The position numbers were made by a program, and so were the translations under genes. DNA of 64,000 nt, from positions 1,881 to 65,880 of the forward strand of contig JADYZG010000028.1 of the NCBI GenBank assembly GCA_020853235.1, written 5' to 3'. Each line of letters opens with the position of its first letter. Positions within the stretch are counted from its first letter, which is position 1. The notes below the pieces were generated by a model. The model searched no databases and was not told the DNA's origin. It saw only the letters and a program-made list of their open reading frames with translations. This DNA is from a bacterium. Its GTDB lineage: Bacteria; Patescibacteriota; Dojkabacteria; GCA-002793355. Shown here piece after piece: positions 10,001 through 18,537 of the stretch.

Positions 10001-11539
10001 ATGTCATCTGTCAGAGTAAGAATGGCACCAAGTCCAACAGGGTGGATTCATATCGGAACAGCCCGTACATTTTTGTTTGATTACTTTATGGCTCGGCAAA
10101 ATCCAGAAGGTAAGCTTATCTTACGAATCGAAGATACAGATCAGAAAAGGAGCGTACCAGGTGGGATCGAATCATTAATTGAATCACTTTCACTATTAGG
10201 AATCACCCCAGATGAGGGAGAAGGTTTTGGCGGAGAATATGGACCTTATACACAAACTGATAGAAAAGAGATCTATGCGAAGTACGCGCAAAAACTCTTG
10301 GGTGAGGGTAACGCGTACTACTGCTTTTGTAGTAAAGAACGTTTGGAAAAACTTCGTACAGAGCAGGAATCAATGAAGCAAAAGACACACTACGATGGTC
10401 ATTGCAAGAAACTGTCGAAAGAAGAAGTTAAAACAAGAATTGACAATGGTGAACCATATGTAATTCGGATGAAAGTTCCCGAGAATGAAAATATTGAGTT
10501 CACTGATTTGGTTTTTGGGAAGATTTCATTTAGCACCAATGAAGTTGATGAACAGGTCATTATCAAATCTAGTGGAATTCCGACCTACCACTTTGCTGTA
10601 GTAGTTGATGATGTATTGATGAAAATTACACACATCCTTCGTGGAGTAGAATGGTTGTCGAGTACTCCAAAACATGTGTTGCTTTATAAATATCTTGGTG
10701 AAACTCCTCCAATATTTGTTCATGTTCCGCTGATTCTTAACCCGGATGGAAAAGGCAAGTTGAGCAAGAGGAAAGGTAATGTCGCAGTTCTCGATTTTTT
10801 TAGAGCGGGTTACATTAGAGAGGGGCTTGTAAACTTTCTTTCACTTATTGGTTGGAACCCTGCTCCAGAATTAGCGCATAAAGATGAAATTTACGATATT
10901 GATTTCTTGACCAAAAATTTTGATGCGAAAAGGATTAGACGTGCCTCGGGCCGTTTCCAAATTGAGAAGTTAGATTCAATAAATGCAGTATGGATTGGAC
11001 GCCTTACGAAAGAGGAACTGTATGCTCGTGTTATGCAATGGGTTGATTTAGTCATGACGAATAATGTCGTTGATAGTTTACGTGGGGAGACCGATGAGTT
11101 GAAAGCAATTCGTGGAAAAGTATCAAAATTGAAGTCTTATTTCGAGCAAAACAAAGTCAAAGCAACCGAATTACTAGGCGTGACACAGCAAAGAATCAAA
11201 AAGTTAACAGAAATCTACGATTGGCTCTCTGTTCTGTGGGATGACTCAGGTTTTGATAATGATTCTGTGAATACCGCCTTACCTGATGTTGAGAAAAGGA
11301 CCGAAATCATTTATAATTTGCGTGAAGCTCTTGAAAAATTAACGACTTGGAGTCAAGAGGAGTGGGAGCCAGCAATTCGTGCTTTGGCAGATAAATTCAG
11401 CTTGAAGCACGGCGATTTATTTATGGTTCTTAGAGTAATTGTGACAGGGAAGAAAATTTCTCCACCACTACGAGAATTTATGGAGATTGCAGGTCGTGAA
11501 TTCGTCTCGAAGCGCTTCGACAAATTTAGTAAGATTTAA
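10001..11539 (+). CDS. gltX: glutamate--tRNA ligase, probably non-discriminating
   Basis: HIGH-type motif (PTGWIHIGTART) and KMSKS-type motif (KLSKRKG). The ORF track starts at 9983, but the ATG at 10001 (MSSVRVRMAPSPTG) gives a typical N-terminus. Confidence 0.95.
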   Translation: MSSVRVRMAPSPTGWIHIGTARTFLFDYFMARQNPEGKLILRIEDTDQKRSVPGGIESLIESLSLLGITPDEGEGFGGEYGPYTQTDRKEIYAKYAQKLLGEGNAYYCFCSKERLEKLRTEQESMKQKTHYDGHCKKLSKEEVKTRIDNGEPYVIRMKVPENENIEFTDLVFGKISFSTNEVDEQVIIKSSGIPTYHFAVVVDDVLMKITHILRGVEWLSSTPKHVLLYKYLGETPPIFVHVPLILNPDGKGKLSKRKGNVAVLDFFRAGYIREGLVNFLSLIGWNPAPELAHKDEIYDIDFLTKNFDAKRIRRASGRFQIEKLDSINAVWIGRLTKEELYARVMQWVDLVMTNNVVDSLRGETDELKAIRGKVSKLKSYFEQNKVKATELLGVTQQRIKKLTEIYDWLSVLWDDSGFDNDSVNTALPDVEKRTEIIYNLREALEKLTTWSQEEWEPAIRALADKFSLKHGDLFMVLRVIVTGKKISPPLREFMEIAGREFVSKRFDKFSKI

Positions 11540-11551
11540 TGCAAGACTTGC

Positions 11552-11622
11552 TGCCGGGTCGTCTAATGGTAGGACAACGGACTCTGAATCCGTTTATCTT
11601 GGTTCGAGTCCAAGCCCGGCAA
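11552..11622 (+). tRNA. tRNA-Gln (anticodon CUG), CCA not encoded
   Basis: Manual cloverleaf. Acceptor TGCCGGG/CCCGGCA, D stem GTCT/GGAC, anticodon stem ACGGA/TCCGT with loop CTCTGAA, and T arm CTTGG-TTCGAGT-CCAAG. Confidence 0.9.
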
Positions 11623-11768
11623 AGACTAGGTATCCGTAATGAATTTGGATTTGCAAATAAGAAGTAAGTCAGGACTTTACAATTGTTCAATTATGACTTG
11701 CAATCTCCGGTCATACTCTTTGAGTACTTAGCGGAGTTATTTAGATGGTTGCTAGATGAGAATGCAAT

Positions 11769-11802
11769 GATATATATTCCTAGTGGATATATATTCCTAG
11801 TG
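11769..11802. repeat. perfect tandem direct repeat, 2 x 17 bp (GATATATATTCCTAGTG)
   Basis: Read directly from the sequence. Copies are at 11769-11785 and 11786-11802, just upstream of the marR promoter. Confidence 0.85.
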
Positions 11803-11813
11803 TCCCCCATCAC

Positions 11814-11846
11814 TTGACTTAAACTATTTTAGTTACTAAAATAGTT
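11814..11846 (+). promoter_or_regulatory. putative marR promoter with an overlapping palindromic operator
   Basis: TTGACT (11814-11819), a 17-nt spacer, then TAAAAT (11837-11842). A perfect 12+1+12 palindrome AACTATTTTAGT-T-ACTAAAATAGTT (11822-11846) overlaps the -10 box and ends 2 nt before the GTG at 11849. Confidence 0.55.
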
Positions 11847-11848
11847 CT

Positions 11849-12295
11849 GTGCAGAAAAATAAATCGCGAACTGAATTAATTAAAAATATGATTGAACTTC
11901 TTCATGTACTTGGCCGATATGTTGGTCCAGGTCGTGAACAATTTTTCTTGAAAATCGATTTGAATCATGCACAATTGAAATTCCTCTATTTTGTTGGTAC
12001 AGGGAAAGAATTGACGATTCAAAAGTTGGTTGCCTTAACGAAAACGACTCCGGGTGCTGTCACACAAATAGTTGACGGATTAATCGGAAAAGGTTTTTTG
12101 AAGCGTGAACACGATCAACTAGATAAACGTCGCGTATATATTCAGTTCTCTACTATGGGGAAAGTTAAATTCGAGAAAGTACAAAAACTTCATCTTAAAC
12201 GATTGCAAAAAATTTTTGATGTACTCTCAGACAAAGAACTCAAGCAGATGATTTCGATTGAAAAAAAATTAGTTACTAATTTATCTACAAAATAA
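11849..12295 (+). CDS. MarR family transcriptional regulator
   Basis: 148 aa with a winged-helix region (TTPGAVTQIVDGLIGKGFLKREHDQLDKRRVYI) typical of MarR. The start is either the GTG at 11849 (leaderless geometry) or the ATG at 11888. Confidence 0.85.
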   Translation: MQKNKSRTELIKNMIELLHVLGRYVGPGREQFFLKIDLNHAQLKFLYFVGTGKELTIQKLVALTKTTPGAVTQIVDGLIGKGFLKREHDQLDKRRVYIQFSTMGKVKFEKVQKLHLKRLQKIFDVLSDKELKQMISIEKKLVTNLSTK

Positions 12296-12297
12296 CT

Positions 12298-13923
12298 ATG
12301 ACTCAGGAAAAGAAAAACACTCTGCGGAAATGGCTCGGTCTTGTCGTAACTAGTATGGCTTTGGCAATAATTATTATTGACACTACTGTGTTAAACGTTT
12401 CACTACGAGACATCATGAGAGATTTGGGAACCGATCTGCAGACAATGCAATGGGTTATCACAATATATTCTTTGGTATTAGCTGCGCTAACCATTACGGG
12501 TGGACGTCTAGGTGATTTATTTGGTCGTAAAAGAATGTTTATGTTGGGTGCTCTGTTGTTCGGAATTGGTTCGTTTATCGCATCGATTAGTATTAATGCG
12601 AATATGCTTCTCTTCGGATGGTCAATTGTTGAAGGAATTGGTGCTGCCCTCATGATGCCTGCTACAGCGTCGATGGTAATCTCGACATTTCAAGGTAAAG
12701 AACGAGCAATTGCGTTTGGTGTTTGGGGAGGTGTTGCTGGGGCAGCATCTGCATTCGGTCCATTACTTGGTGGATATCTTACCGCAACAGTGAGTTGGCA
12801 CTGGGCATTTAGGATCAATGTCCTTGTGGTGGCTTTGGTTTTACTCGGTTCTGTCGTCATAACGGAATCAATAGACAAAAAAGAGAGACATACTCTTGAT
12901 ATTGTGGGGTCACTGCTTTCGGCACTTTCTATGGCCATGATTGTATTCGGCATTGTTGAATCTTCAACATATGGCTGGTGGATTGCTAAAAAAGATTGGA
13001 TAATTAGTTTCGGTGAGCTCTCTATTACACCAGTTGCAATTTTCGTTGGTATGGTGTTGTTGGCGCTTTTTATTATTTGGGAGCGACGAATGATGGCAGA
13101 GAGGAAAACGCCATTAGTTTCTCTTGATATATTTAAGAATAAGCAGTTTGTTGCGGGGATTCTAGTAACCTCGATTTTGTCTCTTGGTCAGGCAGGTATA
13201 ATTTTTGCATTACCAGTTTTTTTTCAATCGGTTAGGTCACTCGATGCATTTAAAACCGGTCAAAGTCTACTTCCGATGTCTATTTCAATTCTCGTCATTG
13301 CTCCATTGTCCGGATTATTAAGAAAGAGAGTCGCAACTAGAGATTTAGTTCAAATTGGTCTACTCACTAGTGCATTAGGGGCGTACCTTGTGTATAGTAA
13401 TTTGGACGTTTCGGCAAATCCATCTGATTTTACTTGGGCATTGGTTGCGCTTGGTGCTGGAATGGGATTGACAATGTCACAAATTTCTAATGTAACCCTT
13501 TCAGCAATTGACCCAAATATGGCAGGTGAAGCATCAGGAATAAATAATACAATTCGACAGCTCGGATCTTCGTTGGGGTCAGCACTCATTGGGGCGGTTT
13601 TCTTGGCGACAATTTCAACAACTATGATTACTCGGATTAATAGTTCAGAGATAATTCCTGCTGCAATGAAACCCGTAGTAATTCAGCAAGTCGAGACAAA
13701 CAACGGACAATCTCTTTTTGGAGGAAGCGCAGAGAAAAATCCAGTTTTTACGGCAGTTATTACCGAAGTTGTGTCAATTAAAAATAAGTCAACGGTCGAC
13801 GGCGGAAAAAAGTCATTACTTTATACAGTCGCGTTCACTTTGGGTAGTGTTCTGGTTTCTTTTATTTTGCCACGAGAAATGAAGGAAAAGTCTGGAAGTG
13901 TAACACATGTTGCTACTCACTAA
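12298..13923 (+). CDS. MFS transporter, DHA2 (EmrB/QacA-like) drug:H+ antiporter family
   Basis: 541 aa with about 14 hydrophobic segments. MFS motif A-like GRLGDLFGRKRMF is present, and the gene follows marR directly. Confidence 0.9.
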   Translation: MTQEKKNTLRKWLGLVVTSMALAIIIIDTTVLNVSLRDIMRDLGTDLQTMQWVITIYSLVLAALTITGGRLGDLFGRKRMFMLGALLFGIGSFIASISINANMLLFGWSIVEGIGAALMMPATASMVISTFQGKERAIAFGVWGGVAGAASAFGPLLGGYLTATVSWHWAFRINVLVVALVLLGSVVITESIDKKERHTLDIVGSLLSALSMAMIVFGIVESSTYGWWIAKKDWIISFGELSITPVAIFVGMVLLALFIIWERRMMAERKTPLVSLDIFKNKQFVAGILVTSILSLGQAGIIFALPVFFQSVRSLDAFKTGQSLLPMSISILVIAPLSGLLRKRVATRDLVQIGLLTSALGAYLVYSNLDVSANPSDFTWALVALGAGMGLTMSQISNVTLSAIDPNMAGEASGINNTIRQLGSSLGSALIGAVFLATISTTMITRINSSEIIPAAMKPVVIQQVETNNGQSLFGGSAEKNPVFTAVITEVVSIKNKSTVDGGKKSLLYTVAFTLGSVLVSFILPREMKEKSGSVTHVATH

Positions 13924-13946
13924 AGAGTGGTGTAAACTGTATTTAC

Positions 13947-14414
13947 ATGAAAGAAATCACAATTATAAAGTATTTGTTGAGTGTTCTTGCAGGGTTGTTG
14001 GTTCTGATACTAGTAATTGCGATATATTTGAAAGTTTCAAGTAAAGGAAATATCGAACCAGGCCGACAGGTAGTCACACCTACTGAAACAACAACACCTA
14101 CGGCAACGCCTACTCCGACTATGATAAATGATGCAGTCGAGTTAAGGAAAGCCGTTCTTGCGAAGAGTAACATTCCTGCAGATAAGTTTGAATTTTCTAT
14201 TAGCGTCAATCTGGGATCGTTGGCTAGAGGAACTGTTAGAAATGCCGACGATACGGGTGGGGCAGCATGGTTTGCTGGAAAACAAGGAAATATGTGGATT
14301 GTTACATTCATTGGTCAAGGAGTTCCTTACTGTGACTACATAGCAGATTTTAACTACCCAATAACCTGGTTATCACATTGTATTGAGTCTCTAGGCAAAA
14401 CAGTTGAACGATAG
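13947..14414 (+). CDS. hypothetical membrane-anchored protein with a Thr/Pro-rich linker
   Basis: 155 aa with an N-terminal TM (LLSVLAGLLVLILVIAIYL), followed by TPTETTTPTATPTPT and a small C-terminal domain. Confidence 0.55.
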   Translation: MKEITIIKYLLSVLAGLLVLILVIAIYLKVSSKGNIEPGRQVVTPTETTTPTATPTPTMINDAVELRKAVLAKSNIPADKFEFSISVNLGSLARGTVRNADDTGGAAWFAGKQGNMWIVTFIGQGVPYCDYIADFNYPITWLSHCIESLGKTVER

Positions 14415-14453
14415 GCTCGGTACCATTCACTTTTTGAGTGCCATACTTTGAGA

Positions 14454-15590
14454 ATGAAAGTTTTTCAGTCGATTGCAATCTATTTAATAACAAAACAAGT
14501 TGTCTCGAATCACTCTATGGCGAGGTGGTTTATTCCGATGGTTGACAAATTTAAACATCATGATGGCGATATACTTCGATCTGGAGATTTTCATGAATAT
14601 GTCAGAAAGATTTATGCGCAGAAGCTGTTATCTAACGAAGTCGCCAATTATTTGTTGCAAATAACTTTATGGATTGAAGATGGTTATAGACTCCTAGATG
14701 AGTTACTGCAGCAAGATTTCACTGTGCTTCTCCCGGTGAATGCGAACTACCCGACTGAGTTTCTAGAGATTTCAGATAGACCAAGTATCCTTTTTTGCTC
14801 TGGGGACCTGAGTTTATTGAACAATAAAGAAAAGATAACCCTTGTTGGCACAAGAGAACCCTCTTTGTGGGGAAAGAGCAAGGCGGGACAGTTTGCCCTT
14901 GAGGCGGCATTTTGTGGGATAACAACAGTCTCTGGTTTGGCGCAGGGTATTGACGCGATAATTTTCGAAAAGACAGTAGAGTACAGGGGACAGACAATTG
15001 CAGTCCTGCCACAATTAAACTTCTTGAATACCTCAGTTCCAGACAAGGTACTGTATTTATCTGAATATCCACCGAGTGTTAAACCTGTTTCTAAATGGCA
15101 ATTTATTGCGAGGAATAGATTGTTAGCGGCGCTTTCTCCGATAACTATTATTGTGGAAGCACCAGTAAGAAGCGGGACACTAATTACTGCGGAACTTGCT
15201 CTAGGTTACGGAAGATCAGTCTATGTGGCCCTCCCCGACCCCAACGAAGAATCAGGATACGGAGGACAAGTCTTTGGGATAACACAAACGTCTGGCTGTT
15301 TCGTACAAAGTCTTTACGATGTGTTCTATCTTGAAGGTAAATTAGACAATTTAGAAAAATATAAAAAATTCATAGAAGTGCTCTCGCAACAGAAAATTTC
15401 TATAAAAAGTAAAGATTGCCGACATCTTGCACAGGCCGATTTAAAGCGATATTTATACTCTATTTCTCATGGTGACCTGTCGCAACTTGACTCCATCATG
15501 ATAGAATTACATCGTTTTGGTATTATTAAGGAACGAAAAAACAAAGTGATATTTAATTTTTCTGGGTATAACTCATGGCCAAAAATTTAG
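14454..15590 (+). CDS. dprA: DNA-processing protein DprA
   Basis: Rossmann-like DprA core is present (LVGTREPSLWGK, SGLAQGIDAI, RNRLLAALS, APVRSGTLITAELAL). The ATG at 14454 is preferred to the TTG at 14448. Confidence 0.85.
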   Translation: MKVFQSIAIYLITKQVVSNHSMARWFIPMVDKFKHHDGDILRSGDFHEYVRKIYAQKLLSNEVANYLLQITLWIEDGYRLLDELLQQDFTVLLPVNANYPTEFLEISDRPSILFCSGDLSLLNNKEKITLVGTREPSLWGKSKAGQFALEAAFCGITTVSGLAQGIDAIIFEKTVEYRGQTIAVLPQLNFLNTSVPDKVLYLSEYPPSVKPVSKWQFIARNRLLAALSPITIIVEAPVRSGTLITAELALGYGRSVYVALPDPNEESGYGGQVFGITQTSGCFVQSLYDVFYLEGKLDNLEKYKKFIEVLSQQKISIKSKDCRHLAQADLKRYLYSISHGDLSQLDSIMIELHRFGIIKERKNKVIFNFSGYNSWPKI

Positions 15591-17815
15591 TTATTGTGGA
15601 GTCACCAGCAAAGGCAAAAACAATTCAAGGATATTTAGGAAAAGACTTTTCGGTAATAGCAACAGTGGGTCATTTGATTGACTTACCGACAAACAAAATT
15701 GGCGTCGATATAGAAAATAATTATGAAATGATTTATACGAACATTAAAGGCAAAGATAAGATAATTAGCGATATTAAAAAAGCCGTCAAGGCGACAACGG
15801 GAACGGTTTATCTTGCGCAAGACCCTGATCGTGAAGGTGAATCAATCGCGTGGCAGGTCGAGCAAATTTGTCAGTTTTCTAAAAAAAGTGAGAAAGTCCG
15901 CAGAGCCGTCTTTCATGAGATTACAAAAGATGCAATCAAAGCAGCAATTAACAAAACGAGAGATGTTGATGAAGACCTTGTTGAGGCGCAGCAGTCACGC
16001 CGAGTCTTAGACAGGTTGGTTGGTTATCCCCTTTCGCAATTGCTATGGAAAAAAATTCAATTTGGACTTTCTGCAGGTCGAGTTCAGTCGGCGGCACTTC
16101 GTTTAGTCGTTGAACGTGAAGAAGAAATCCGAGCATTTATCCCCGCTCCATATACGACGTTCGTTGCAAAATATAGAGGTATCGATGTTACTTTTACGTT
16201 GGTGGATGCAAAAGGCAGTATGGTTAAAGCAGCACCAGATGAAGGCGATACCTTTAAGAAGTTCCTTGATAAGGTGAATAAGCACGAAGTTATCGAACAT
16301 AAAACAAAAACTGTCACCTCGTCTCCTCCTCCTCCTCTAGTCACGTCGACAATGCAACAAGCCGCAAACCAAACGTTTGGGTTTACTGCAAAAATGACTA
16401 TGAAAATAGCACAAGAGTTATACCAAGGCGTTGATGTAAAAGATAAAGGTGGACGAATAGGGTTGATTTCATACATGCGTACCGATTCAGTAAGTATGAG
16501 TGAGCAAGCCTTGGTCGCTATCAGAAAACTGATTGAATCAAGATACGGAAAACAATTTGTTAATGAAACTGTTCGCCGCTATAAAACAAAATCACGGGTA
16601 GCTCAGGAAGCTCATGAAGCGATTCGTCCAACCCATGTAGAGTTAGCGCCAGATCAAGTCAAACAGTTTTTAACACCACAACAATATAAACTTTACTCGT
16701 TAATTTGGAGACGTGCTGTTGCGACACAGATGAAACCACAAGTACTCGAAGAAGAAAACGTCAGAACCATTCCTATGTCGGGTGAGGCTCGAACAATGTC
16801 AGAAAAACTAAAGTGGAGCTTCGAAGCGGTTTCTCAAAAAGAAGTTTTCGCTGGCTATCGATTATTAAAGCAAGTAGGAGAAAAGGAAATCAAGCCCCTC
16901 CCAGAAGTTAAGAAGGGAGATGTTTTGGATGTCGCTGAAGTAATAACGGAGAATCTTCTGACTGTCCCACGTAGTCGCTACACAGATGCACCACTCGTTA
17001 AAGAAATGGAAAAACTTGGTATTGGTCGTCCTTCAACTTATGCGACGATTATTGGAACGCTTATTACACGTAACTATATTACACGTGAGATGAAGTTGTT
17101 AACTCCAACCGAGATCGGCATGCTCGTTTGTAACTTTCTTAAAAAACATTTCACGAAGATTGTTGATTACGCTTTTACTGCAGAGATGGAAAAAGAACTC
17201 GACAACATTGCAAATTCAAAATCGACAAAGAAGAAAATGATTGATACTTTTTATCCTGAGTTTGCAAAAGACATTGAGGAAAAAAACAAGACCATCGTTA
17301 AGGAAGAGCTTACGTCGCTAGGCGAAACTGATAAAGAATGCCGTAAATGTAAAACGAAAATGCATTTGAAAATTGGTCCATGGGGTAAATACTATGCCTG
17401 TCCAAACGAAGAATGTAAGAACAAAGAACCATTTATCGATATGACAAAATATTATGTACCCGAAGAAGTTGACAAAGAAGGCTATATCCTTAAAAAGGGA
17501 CGTTTTGGTATTTTTTGGGCACATCCGGATTACCCAGAGGTTAAAAAGACAATGCCAGTTCTCCTTAAAGAAGTTTGTCCAGATTGTGGTGCACATCTTG
17601 TAGAACGGCGAGGCAAAACAGGGAGACCATTCGTTGGTTGTTCTGCGTATCCAAATTGTAAATACATTAAAAGTCGGTATTTTAAGAAAGGTGCAAAGAG
17701 CAGCGATAGAGCAAAAACTTCAATAAAAGGAAAAGGTAAGGCTACCACAAAGAAGACAACTAAAAAAGCTCCCAAAAAGAGTGCTTCAAAGACGAAAGCC
17801 AAGAGAACTAAGTAG
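15575..17815 (+). CDS. topA: DNA topoisomerase I (type IA) with C-terminal zinc ribbons and a Lys-rich tail
   Basis: TOPRIM N-terminus (LVIVESPAKAKTI, DPDREGE), active-site region YMRTDS, and Cys4 ribbons (CRKCKT...CPNEEC, CPDCGA...CSAYPNC). It overlaps dprA by 16 nt. Confidence 0.95.
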   Translation: MAKNLVIVESPAKAKTIQGYLGKDFSVIATVGHLIDLPTNKIGVDIENNYEMIYTNIKGKDKIISDIKKAVKATTGTVYLAQDPDREGESIAWQVEQICQFSKKSEKVRRAVFHEITKDAIKAAINKTRDVDEDLVEAQQSRRVLDRLVGYPLSQLLWKKIQFGLSAGRVQSAALRLVVEREEEIRAFIPAPYTTFVAKYRGIDVTFTLVDAKGSMVKAAPDEGDTFKKFLDKVNKHEVIEHKTKTVTSSPPPPLVTSTMQQAANQTFGFTAKMTMKIAQELYQGVDVKDKGGRIGLISYMRTDSVSMSEQALVAIRKLIESRYGKQFVNETVRRYKTKSRVAQEAHEAIRPTHVELAPDQVKQFLTPQQYKLYSLIWRRAVATQMKPQVLEEENVRTIPMSGEARTMSEKLKWSFEAVSQKEVFAGYRLLKQVGEKEIKPLPEVKKGDVLDVAEVITENLLTVPRSRYTDAPLVKEMEKLGIGRPSTYATIIGTLITRNYITREMKLLTPTEIGMLVCNFLKKHFTKIVDYAFTAEMEKELDNIANSKSTKKKMIDTFYPEFAKDIEEKNKTIVKEELTSLGETDKECRKCKTKMHLKIGPWGKYYACPNEECKNKEPFIDMTKYYVPEEVDKEGYILKKGRFGIFWAHPDYPEVKKTMPVLLKEVCPDCGAHLVERRGKTGRPFVGCSAYPNCKYIKSRYFKKGAKSSDRAKTSIKGKGKATTKKTTKKAPKKSASKTKAKRTK

Positions 17816-18446
17816 CCTATTTGGGTATACGTCGCTTAAAAATAGCGAACTTTGGTCATTGATATTGCGATCTGGAACAAGAAAGCAATCGGTTTTCTCT
17901 ATTTCCAGGAAGGTCAGTCCTTTGGTTATGACTGCTCTAGAGAAGGAGATGCCTTCACATATGTTTGAAAAATTCCTTTCATCAAAACTGCAGATTGGTA
18001 CAGTAAGACGACAGGTTATTATGGGCGTTTATGAATTATTTATGCGCCAAAAATCGGGAAAAATAACAACGAATAATTTCTCAAGTCCCGAACCATTGGT
18101 ATCGTATTTTTGTCGCCTTCAGAGTAAGAAACAGGAGTATGTGTATGGTGTGTATCTTACTGCACGGTTACAACTGATACAAACAGAACTGCTCGCCAAA
18201 GGAACAACAGATTCGGTCATGCTTGATGTAAGAGATCTCCTTTATTACGCGATTAAATATAGGTCAAGGAATTTTATTGTGGTTCATAATCATCCAAGTG
18301 GTGACCCAACACCAAGTTCAGAGGATGTTACACTTACAAAACGGATAAAAATTGCTGCAGAGTTACTCTCTCTACAGTTCGTTGATCATATTATTGTCAG
18401 CAAGCAGGCATATTTTAGTTTCAAAGAATCGAGAAGTGTGCTATAA
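17781..18446 (+). CDS. radC: RadC-like JAB domain protein
   Basis: JAMM-like motif HNHPSGDPTPSSEDV and a RadC N-terminal HhH-like segment (SELWSLILRSGTRKQSV). The GTG start overlaps the topA 3' end, and the start is uncertain. Confidence 0.8.
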   Translation: MLQRRKPRELSSLFGYTSLKNSELWSLILRSGTRKQSVFSISRKVSPLVMTALEKEMPSHMFEKFLSSKLQIGTVRRQVIMGVYELFMRQKSGKITTNNFSSPEPLVSYFCRLQSKKQEYVYGVYLTARLQLIQTELLAKGTTDSVMLDVRDLLYYAIKYRSRNFIVVHNHPSGDPTPSSEDVTLTKRIKIAAELLSLQFVDHIIVSKQAYFSFKESRSVL

Positions 18447-18537
18447 TTTCCGTGTCCTCAAAAGGGAAATATATTAAATAAACATGCTTTCGTACTCCTG
18501 CCAAAAAGGTCGAAAGCTTAGGTAAAAGGAGCAAATT
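18439..18537 (+). promoter_or_regulatory. putative rpsB promoter (TGcTATAAT) and structured 5' leader
   Basis: Extended -10 element TGCTATAAT at 18439-18447. A hairpin forms from GCTTTCG (18486-18492) and CGAAAGC (18511-18517). Its loop carries CTCCT (18495-18499), complementary to the SD AAGGAG (18526-18531). Confidence 0.4.

Noticed and set aside
11623-11848. Possible integrated mobile element at the tRNA-Gln 3' flank (marR-MFS cassette)
   Set aside because: I saw no integrase or transposase and no direct repeat of the tRNA 3' end downstream. Only the local 17-bp tandem repeat is present. It is kept as a regulatory or repeat observation, not called as a mobile element.
13943-14311. 122-aa minus-strand ORF opposite the 13947-14414 ORF
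   Set aside because: The plus-strand frame has a signal-anchor, a Thr/Pro linker and a folded-looking C-terminal domain. It also fits the co-directional operon. The minus frame is a mirror product (the VGV repeats arise from the TPT codons).
16084-16476. 130-aa antisense ORF within topA, plus several smaller ones listed in the ORF track
   Set aside because: These are shadow ORFs opposite a strongly supported topA frame.
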